Positions 1-4,979 of a stretch of 6,403 nucleotides of DNA are shown here, piece by piece. Under the pieces are notes generated by a model that searched no databases, was not told where the DNA came from, and saw only the letters and a program-made list of their open reading frames with translations. The DNA is from a virus: positions 1-6,403 of IMG/VR virus record IMGVR_UViG_3300035492_000278; one strand, written 5' to 3'. The position numbers were made by a program, and so were the translations under genes. Numbering within the stretch: position 1 is the first letter of the stretch; every line of letters begins with the position of its first letter.

Positions 1-107
1 ACTATAATTAATCCATACCTAGCCGGGATGGAGTAACCGACATGACCAACGAAGAACGCCAGTTCCACCTACGGATGGCAGAGAACATCGAAGCACGCGC
101 GAACGCC
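1..107. repeat. Terminal redundancy copy 1 (identical to 6297-6403)
   Basis: Base-by-base comparison with offset 6296: actataattaatccatacc...gcacgcgcgaacgcc occurs at both ends of the window. Confidence 0.95.
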
Positions 108-209
108 ATCATCGAACAAGTTCGGCGTGGCGAGAAAAATAAAGCGATGCTGAAAACCGCCCATGCACAACTGGCAGACGCCAAGCGAATCAGAGGATGG
201 GCGAAATGA
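42..209 (+). CDS. 55-aa highly charged, apparently all-helical small protein of unknown function (MTNEERQFHLRMAENIEARANAIIEQVRRGEKNKAMLKTAHAQLADAKRIRGWAK); first gene of the plus-strand module
   Basis: ATG at 42 is preceded by GGAG (30-33) with an 8-nt spacer. The stop TGA (207-209) overlaps the ATG at 206 of the next ORF as ATGA. The ORF is below the size cut-off of the supplied track and was hand-translated. Confidence 0.55.
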   Translation: MTNEERQFHLRMAENIEARANAIIEQVRRGEKNKAMLKTAHAQLADAKRIRGWAK

Positions 210-784
210 TCGAACCAGCAGACCGCCAGACCCAACCCCTACCACTGGACGAGCAGCCGGCCAAGCCGCGCCGTGGTCGACCAGCAACCGGCAAGGCGCT
301 GAGCAACGCCGAGCGGCAACGGCTCTACCGTGAACGCCAGAAAGCGCAACGTAACGAAAAATCGGACAAGCACCCAGTGCCATACGAAGAAGTAGTTGCC
401 ATTGCCCAGGAGCTGGCGGAGCGCTGCAAGCGCGCCGAGGATCGGCAAGACGAGTTGCACGACCAGGTGCAAAAGATGCTGCTTCAGCGTGACGAACTGA
501 TCCGCGAATGTCGGAAACTCAAGAAGGAATTAGCGTCAAGCAAGACCGTTGCGAAAACAAAGCGCCACCGCGACGAAACGCCAAACGTAATGAAGCAATA
601 CCACGCCCAGAATTGGGATGCGAAAGCGCGGAAATGGCGAACAATCGGCGACAGCGAGCCCGATAACCAGCCATTCGACGACTGGAAGGAAGCCGAAGAA
701 TTTATAAAACGATTGCTGAACAACGGTTCGAAATCGCGATACAGGATCGTGCCGGCAAACCTGACCATAATTGAATATAAGTAA
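206..784 (+). CDS. 192-aa putative DNA-binding regulator or accessory protein. It has an AT-hook-like PRRGRPATGK, an Arg-rich helix SNAERQRLYRERQKAQR, a central coiled-coil-like segment and an unassigned ~65-aa C-terminal domain
   Basis: The ORF track lists 197-784. I prefer ATG 206 (GAGGA at 193-197, 8-nt spacer, ATGA overlap with the upstream stop) over ATG 197, which has no spacer after the purine run. No helix-turn-helix is recognisable by eye and I cannot assign a family. Confidence 0.6.
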   Translation: MIEPADRQTQPLPLDEQPAKPRRGRPATGKALSNAERQRLYRERQKAQRNEKSDKHPVPYEEVVAIAQELAERCKRAEDRQDELHDQVQKMLLQRDELIRECRKLKKELASSKTVAKTKRHRDETPNVMKQYHAQNWDAKARKWRTIGDSEPDNQPFDDWKEAEEFIKRLLNNGSKSRYRIVPANLTIIEYK

Positions 785-795
785 CGTAACTATAA
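781..795. repeat. Motif copy immediately after the 206-784 stop. GTAACGTAAC (781-790) is the reverse complement of GTTACGTTAC at 6264-6273. ACGTAACTATAA (784-795) is a direct copy of 6292-6303
   Basis: Exact string matches found by eye. Function unknown (operator, recombination site or chance). Confidence 0.6.
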
Positions 796-815
796 ATCGA
801 GAATGGATCTAGAAG

Positions 816-873
816 CCGCCTGCAAGGCCTCAGGCGGAAACCGGGTCCCTCCCGCAAGCGGGAGCCCTCCCGG
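816..873. terminator. Two tandem GC-rich hairpins in the gap between the convergent genes 206-784 (+) and Zot/pI (-)
   Basis: Hairpin 1: CCGCCTG (816-822) pairs with CAGGCGG (831-837). Hairpin 2: CTCCCG (849-854), loop caag, CGGGAG (859-864), extended by CCGGG (841-845) pairing with CCCGG (869-873). On the minus strand hairpin 2 starts directly after the Zot stop (874-876) and is followed by TTT. U-tracts are short, so terminator efficiency is uncertain. Confidence 0.5.
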
Positions 874-2001
874 TTATCCGCCTGAGGACTTGTCAGGAGT
901 CTTGCTGGCTAGCGATACAGTCGGCAGCGCAGAGACCACGAACCCTAGATCGAGGTCTTTGTATCGCAACGCAATAACCGTCTCGGACTGGTAGCTGATC
1001 TGATAGCCGGCATCCGTAAGCTCGCGAAACGAGACCTGTCGGATCGGCTGGCCGTTTTGAGTTACGGTGATGTAGCCGTTAAGGTACGGCACGCCGGAAC
1101 GCTGGCCATGCATGAGCGCCGATAGAAACAGATCATAACCCTGATATGGGTGGAGCTGCTGCGCAGGCCCACGGGGAACGGCAACATCCGCTGGCACTGC
1201 GTCGGGCGCCGTAGGCGCCGGAGCGAATGAAATCGACGGAGAGACGGCCTTGGGCACCGAATGGACCGCTGGCCTGTCCCTGGTCAACTGATAGATGACC
1301 AGACCGACAACGATAAACGCGCAGATAGCGGCACCCTTGAACGGCCACCGCTTCCAAAGCGGGACAATATCGCCAGCGGTCAATTCCTCCGCCGCCGCGC
1401 TGGACTTAGTGTGAGACCGATAGAACTTGAAAAACTTGGCCTCGTATTCACGGATGGCGGTATTGACCACCTCCCCCCGAACACCGTCCTGCACCTTACG
1501 AATGTAGCGTTTCGAGGTTCCAAACGCAGTCGCTTTCTTGCAGCGGTAGACCACTTGAACCAGATCAATGACGGCTCGATTCACCTTGCCATACGACTGG
1601 GTAATAAGCAGCACGTCAGCAAGCTCGTGACGGTGCATCGAATACCACTCTTCGACCAGGCGCTGCCGCGGAACATCGGCGCGATCAACAACAGCGCGAG
1701 GCATAGCCAGGTGGCATTCATCGATAACGTAGAGCGGACCCACGCCAGACTCAGGATGGCGCCACGGGTCGCCGTAGTGATCGACGCGCGAAAACGGCCG
1801 AACGAGTACGCCGTCATCAAGCTGCGGGTGAAGGAGCTGAATCAGCCTGGACGCTCCGGGGAAATAGGCCTCGATAACGTCGACCTGTAACGGGAGGTTG
1901 GTAATGACGCGGCGACCATCGACCAGGGCTGGAATAACGTGGAACGCCACCGCCTCATACGATTTACCGCCACCAGGCTGACCAAGAATCAAATTGATCA
2001 T
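874..2001 (-). CDS. Zot / pI-family P-loop NTPase, the inner-membrane assembly/extrusion protein (gene I analogue), 375 aa
   Basis: N-terminal Walker A MINLILGQPGGGKSYEAV, Walker B-like PLYVIDECH, and a single TM segment GAAICAFIVVGLVIYQL after the ATPase domain. ATG at 2001 overlaps the upstream stop as TAATG. The track ORF extends to 2217, but that extension overlaps the pVI-like gene and would bury the P-loop 72 aa into the protein. Confidence 0.9.
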   Translation of the reverse strand: MINLILGQPGGGKSYEAVAFHVIPALVDGRRVITNLPLQVDVIEAYFPGASRLIQLLHPQLDDGVLVRPFSRVDHYGDPWRHPESGVGPLYVIDECHLAMPRAVVDRADVPRQRLVEEWYSMHRHELADVLLITQSYGKVNRAVIDLVQVVYRCKKATAFGTSKRYIRKVQDGVRGEVVNTAIREYEAKFFKFYRSHTKSSAAAEELTAGDIVPLWKRWPFKGAAICAFIVVGLVIYQLTRDRPAVHSVPKAVSPSISFAPAPTAPDAVPADVAVPRGPAQQLHPYQGYDLFLSALMHGQRSGVPYLNGYITVTQNGQPIRQVSFRELTDAGYQISYQSETVIALRYKDLDLGFVVSALPTVSLASKTPDKSSGG

Positions 2002-2339
2002 TACGACCCCCAGCGAACGAACGGGATTGTCTGGAGCGTGAACCGCACAACTAGCGCTCCGACGACAATGGTAAGCGCCTGAGTGACGCCGATCGCACCC
2101 ATCATTTGCGCAGTCTCGGGCGGAATCAGCGAATAATACGTTTGCGGGTCGAACGGAACATCTATCGCATTGAGCGCAGCGACAGCGATACCCATAAGCC
2201 CCTCGAACAACCAACAAACAACATCAGTTGCCATATTCCACGCATCGACGAATATCTGCTTAAAGACAGCCAGAAACCAACTAGCAAGCTGGGAGAACTT
2301 TGCGAGCAAAGACGTAAAGAATTGTCCAAGTGCAGCCAT
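2001..2339 (-). CDS. pVI-like hydrophobic minor coat protein (gene VI analogue), 112 aa
   Basis: Positioned between the pIII-like and pI-like genes. The protein is very hydrophobic (MAALGQFFTSLLAKFSQLASWFLAVFKQIF...). ATG 2339 lies 6 nt after GGAGG, which is embedded in the last codons of the pIII-like gene. The track start at 2369 is a TTG without an SD. Confidence 0.75.
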   Translation of the reverse strand: MAALGQFFTSLLAKFSQLASWFLAVFKQIFVDAWNMATDVVCWLFEGLMGIAVAALNAIDVPFDPQTYYSLIPPETAQMMGAIGVTQALTIVVGALVVRFTLQTIPFVRWGS

Positions 2340-2340
2340 A

Positions 2341-3741
2341 TCAGCCTCCGAACGTAAGAGCACGCGCAAGGAAAACAGCCGAAACTATAAGAACCGTTTT
2401 GATAAATTCAAATATCCAACACATGTTCCAGAAAGAAATCGTGCCGTAATTGGCCCAACTAGCGATATTGAATTGAAGGCTAAATGTCGGACAACTACCG
2501 CTGAAATTTGGAACAAAGGAAGAGAGAAAAGCCAGAAATGCAGAATTTTCTATGTTCGAACTAACGCTATGCCAAACACCCGCTAGACCATCGGGATATT
2601 TCTGCTGATAGAACGGCTCGACTTCTGGCATATCAGCATCAGAATATTCAATAGCGCCTTCGTCCTGATCTTGCTCTTCGGTAACTTCCTCGGGGTCGGT
2701 CTTAGTTTCAGTTTCGGTGGTACCATCTGGATTAGTTGTAGTTACTGTCGACGTTTTGCGATAGTCGTAATAGTTATCACCGTAGGTAATGTCGATCTGA
2801 GTGTTAGTTGTAGAGCTGGTGGTTCCACCTGGACCAGTAGTAGTGATGGCCGGGCCCTTTTCAGTGAGCGTTGATGGGCCCTCGAGCTGCGTTGACGTGC
2901 GCAACTCCTGATAACAGGACTCAGGAGCGAGAGAGCCCTCGCAGTGCTCGCGAAGCCGATCTTTGAGCCATTCGGAATCTTGAGCGGCAGCGGCGGCCTC
3001 CATCAGATCGAAATCCGCATCGGTCGCAGCGCGATAACCACCCGCAGCCTCGCACGCACCAGTAGAACTGTTATAGGTAGAACCCGCAGGGCACGAGTCG
3101 CCATAACGCTGAATAGAGACCCTGGATTCATAGCCATCAGATTCACGTTTCGCAATACAACGATACTGAGTATCGGAAACGCGCTCTAGGCGATCATAGA
3201 CATAGTCATTTCGCCAGCCCGCTGCAGCAATCTGAGAGCAAACCTCGACAGGTGTTAAGCCGGTATAGAAACTGGATGTACCGTCCGAACCAATATGTTC
3301 CGTCGCACTTTTCCAATAATAACCGCCAGGAACAGGACTGCCCGAGGCTGGAACTTTAACTTGCCCATCGTCAATAATTCCGTCAACCGCATCGAGCATA
3401 TATTGCAGACCAATACTTAGCCCGACACCAACTACACCGCCACGCAAGGACCCAGACATGCCCTTGATAGTGCGAGGAATCGAATAATCATATTTCGGCT
3501 TAATGGGCAACCTGGTGCCCTTGGAGCCGCCGCCATAGGACGACGGAATATATTCACCGTCCAGGGGCTGCCCGGTGATGATCAACGAATCACCGGACTT
3601 CGCAGCACTACCGCTGCCAACTACCGAACCGTTGGACGGCAGAGAAACATATTTGCGAGTGGCAGCATGCAATTGGGTGCTAGAGAAAATAGCCAGCACT
3701 GCAATCAAAAACGCTGCCGGATACCGGAGATAAATGCCCAT
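2341..3741 (-). CDS. pIII-like adsorption / minor coat protein (gene III analogue), 466 aa
   Basis: Signal peptide MGIYLRYPAAFLIAVLAIFSSTQLHA|AT. Cys-containing N-terminal domains, a Thr/Gly-rich then acidic linker (TTTGPGGTTSSTTNT...TETETKTDPEEVTEEQDQDEG), and a C-terminal hydrophobic anchor IKTVLIVSAVFLARALTFGG. GGAGGGG lies 10 nt upstream of the ATG, and the position after the coat gene is as expected. Confidence 0.8.
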   Translation of the reverse strand: MGIYLRYPAAFLIAVLAIFSSTQLHAATRKYVSLPSNGSVVGSGSAAKSGDSLIITGQPLDGEYIPSSYGGGSKGTRLPIKPKYDYSIPRTIKGMSGSLRGGVVGVGLSIGLQYMLDAVDGIIDDGQVKVPASGSPVPGGYYWKSATEHIGSDGTSSFYTGLTPVEVCSQIAAAGWRNDYVYDRLERVSDTQYRCIAKRESDGYESRVSIQRYGDSCPAGSTYNSSTGACEAAGGYRAATDADFDLMEAAAAAQDSEWLKDRLREHCEGSLAPESCYQELRTSTQLEGPSTLTEKGPAITTTGPGGTTSSTTNTQIDITYGDNYYDYRKTSTVTTTNPDGTTETETKTDPEEVTEEQDQDEGAIEYSDADMPEVEPFYQQKYPDGLAGVWHSVSSNIENSAFLAFLSSFVPNFSGSCPTFSLQFNIASWANYGTISFWNMCWIFEFIKTVLIVSAVFLARALTFGG

Positions 3742-3827
3742 GCGCCAATTACCCCTCCGAGAAACACAAGAGAATATGAGAGCGTTGCAAAATCCGCGCT
3801 AGTGACTGCAAACGTAATTTCGTTCAT
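3705..3827 (-). CDS. Candidate 40-aa coat-like membrane peptide (MNEITFAVTSADFATLSYSLVFLGGVIGAWAFISGIRQRF) overlapping the gene III start
   Basis: Hand-translated and not in the ORF track. It has the same architecture as the major coat (acidic N-terminus, one TM segment, basic C-terminus), and its N-terminus MNEITFAV resembles the coat's MTEIFAAV. There is no Shine-Dalgarno, and the ATG sits 5 nt after the terminator T-tract, so translation is doubtful. Confidence 0.3.
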   Translation of the reverse strand: MNEITFAVTSADFATLSYSLVFLGGVIGAWAFISGIRQRF

Positions 3828-3831
3828 TAAT

Positions 3832-3852
3832 AAAAAAGGGGCCGCAGCCCCC
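3832..3852 (-). terminator. Rho-independent terminator after the major coat gene
   Basis: The minus strand reads GGGGC-tgcg-GCCCC followed by TTTTTT (plus-strand A6 at 3832-3837), 22 nt downstream of the coat stop. A terminator after gene VIII is the classic inovirus arrangement. Confidence 0.65.
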
Positions 3853-3873
3853 TTTCCTCCACCATTAAGGGAG

Positions 3874-4008
3874 TTAAGCTTTCTTCACGCCGCGCTTGCC
3901 CAGATCGATGCCTTTAAACGACATGGCAATACCGATAATGGCAACCCCGGCAGTACCAACCCAAGTAGCGACGGAAGAAAAATCCACAGCAGCGAAAATC
4001 TCGGTCAT
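3874..4008 (-). CDS. Major coat protein (gene VIII analogue), 44 aa, no cleavable leader (Pf3-like organisation): MTEIFAAVDFSSVATWVGTAGVAIIGIAMSFKGIDLGKRGVKKA
   Basis: Hand-translated and not in the ORF track. AAGGAG lies 8 nt upstream of the ATG. The protein has an acidic N-terminus, a hydrophobic core and a Lys/Arg-rich C-terminus. A terminator follows, and the gene lies between the small hydrophobic ORFs and gene III. Confidence 0.85.
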   Translation of the reverse strand: MTEIFAAVDFSSVATWVGTAGVAIIGIAMSFKGIDLGKRGVKKA

Positions 4009-4021
4009 TTTTTGTTGCTCC

Positions 4022-4150
4022 TTACAGTTTTCGAATGGCGCTGATAGCAACGCCGATGGTAAACCCCAACGCCCAACCAGAGAGCGTTAGGAAAAACCCA
4101 GCGGTATACACGGTCGTTACGCATTCGGTAGTGAGTGTCGTGCATTCCAC
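4022..4150 (-). CDS. 42-aa small hydrophobic virion-type protein (gene IX/VII analogue): MECTTLTTECVTTVYTAGFFLTLSGWALGFTIGVAISAIRKL
   Basis: GTG start at 4150 with GGAG 8 nt upstream. One TM segment and a basic C-terminus. The stop TAA (4022-4024) sits inside the coat gene's SD region. The frame is open upstream as far as the ssb stop, so the start could be further 5' (GTG at 4201). Confidence 0.5.
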   Translation of the reverse strand: MECTTLTTECVTTVYTAGFFLTLSGWALGFTIGVAISAIRKL

Positions 4151-4181
4151 TGGTACTACTCCAATACCCTGAAAAACCAAT

Positions 4182-4271
4182 TCATGACCGCGCCCACTCA
4201 CGCACGACGACGCAGACGACGAAACAGACGCCGACCCAAATCGCCAGATTGATGGTCGCGGCCCAAATCAC
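4182..4271 (-). CDS. 29-aa small hydrophobic protein (gene VII/IX analogue): MIWAATINLAIWVGVCFVVCVVVREWARS
   Basis: GTG at 4271 overlaps the ssb stop as GTGA, and GAAGG lies 7 nt upstream. The size, hydrophobicity and position match the tiny tip proteins of inoviruses. Confidence 0.45.
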   Translation of the reverse strand: MIWAATINLAIWVGVCFVVCVVVREWARS

Positions 4272-4549
4272 GACGTCGCCTTCACGGCCGCCGCCACCGG
4301 AACCAGCACGGGCCGAACCTCAAGCGAACCGAACCGAGACGGATAGAACGACTCATCATCGAGTTCATACACGCCCACCGGATAGGGACGGGCATCCTCG
4401 TCGAGCGTGATTTTGATTTTGTCGGGATAGCGAGAGCCTGCCTTGAACAAGAGCGCCTGCTGCTCGCGGATGCTGTATTCACGGCCGGTACGTTCGGATT
4501 TGCCCGAACGCTCCTTGATCTGGGTGGACTCGATTTCAATTCGTGGCAT
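4268..4549 (-). CDS. ssDNA-binding protein (gene V analogue), 93 aa
   Basis: MPRIEIESTQIKERSGKSERTGREYSIREQQALLF...PYPVGVYELDDESFYPSRFGSLEV has the size, the position (after rep, before the coat genes) and the beta-rich OB-like pattern of inovirus G5P/Pf3-type ssDNA-binding proteins. GAGG lies 9 nt upstream of ATG 4549. The track's 28-aa N-terminal extension lacks an SD. Confidence 0.7.
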   Translation of the reverse strand: MPRIEIESTQIKERSGKSERTGREYSIREQQALLFKAGSRYPDKIKITLDEDARPYPVGVYELDDESFYPSRFGSLEVRPVLVPVAAAVKATS

Positions 4550-4718
4550 TGTGGAAAACCTCACATTTAAGTTTTGAGCAGAGTTGAAATTACTACAGGG
4601 CGAAAAGTAGAACGAGCCGAAACACAACGTCAAGTATTTTTTTACACTAGTGAACTTTTCGTGTGATCCCGGTCAAAAAATCGCCCACACTGAACAGGAG
4701 TTCAACAGAGGAGAAGGC
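4550..4718. promoter_or_regulatory. AT-rich divergent control region between the ssb/structural operon (-) and the RHH gene (+)
   Basis: About 40% GC. Minus strand: TTGACG (4628-4633), 18 nt, TACTTT (4604-4609). Plus strand: TTGAAA (4584-4589), 18 nt, TAGAAC (4608-4613). Inverted repeat TGAAC-agga-GTTCA at 4691-4704, with a further GTGAAC at 4641-4646. The promoter hexamers are only partial matches. Confidence 0.35.
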
Positions 4719-4979
4719 ATGAAATCACTAAAACTCGACGACGACGATCTGCACCGACGATTCAAATTGGCATGCGTTGCCACGGGCACGCCAATGATGA
4801 CAGCAGTTCATCAAATGGTGACCGCATGGGTTGCTGACGTGGAACGACGAATACCCGATATCCGTGCAGAATCACCCGCCAGCACGGGTCGCGGTGCTCG
4901 CCGGTCGCCCGGCAGACCCAGCCGCCACCAGACGCTCGCCGCCAACGGTCAGCAGGAAATCCCCAACGACGCACCGTGA
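4719..4979 (+). CDS. Ribbon-helix-helix (CopG/Arc/MetJ-like) DNA-binding protein, 86 aa, with a low-complexity tail; candidate phage repressor
   Basis: MKSLKLDDDDLHRRFKLACVATGTPMMTAVHQMVTAWV fits the RHH pattern: a beta strand with alternating residues, helix A, a G-x-S/T/P turn and helix B. GAGGAG lies 5 nt upstream of ATG 4719. The track start at 4650 has no SD. Nucleotides 4762-4979 are antisense to the rep 3' end. Confidence 0.6.
   Translation: MKSLKLDDDDLHRRFKLACVATGTPMMTAVHQMVTAWVADVERRIPDIRAESPASTGRGARRSPGRPSRHQTLAANGQQEIPNDAP

Noticed and set aside
8-383. Minus-strand ORFs 8-235, 69-383, 239-472 and 484-768, plus the plus-strand ORF 803-994
   Set aside because: The minus-strand ORFs are shadow frames of the plus-strand module. 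ORF 803-994 reads through the terminator hairpins into the antisense of gene I. None has ribosome-binding sites.
1261-1890. 209-aa plus-strand ORF (also 1133-1357, 1380-1568 and 1581-1820 on the minus strand)
   Set aside because: These lie entirely inside or antisense to the well-supported Zot/pI gene. They have no SD, and their Arg/Pro/Gly-rich composition is typical of shadow frames in GC-rich coding DNA.
2002-2217. N-terminal extensions in the ORF track for gene I (to 2217), gene VI (to 2369) and ssb (to 4633)
   Set aside because: The extensions overlap upstream genes or lack an SD. Internal ATGs with good SDs and stop/start coupling (TAATG, GGAGG-6nt-ATG, GAGG-9nt-ATG) give proteins of canonical size with the P-loop at the N-terminus.
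2536-2570. dif-like string ATGCAGAATTTTCTATGTTCGAA inside gene III
   Set aside because: The XerD-arm-like TATGTT core is present, but the central region has the wrong length and the XerC arm matches only 6/11. It lies within coding sequence and is probably a chance match in low-GC DNA.
2106-2586. Plus-strand ORFs 2106-2357 and 2170-2586, plus 2671-2874, 2944-3189, 3667-4044 and 3896-4090
   Set aside because: All are antisense to the gene VI / gene III / coat genes. None has an SD, and none shows membrane or domain features.
4135-4410. 91-aa plus-strand ORF (Thr/Pro/Arg-rich), plus the minus-strand ORF at 4282-4539
   Set aside because: These are low-complexity shadow frames of the ssb gene and the small hydrophobic ORFs. 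The minus-strand micro-ORFs explain the region far better.
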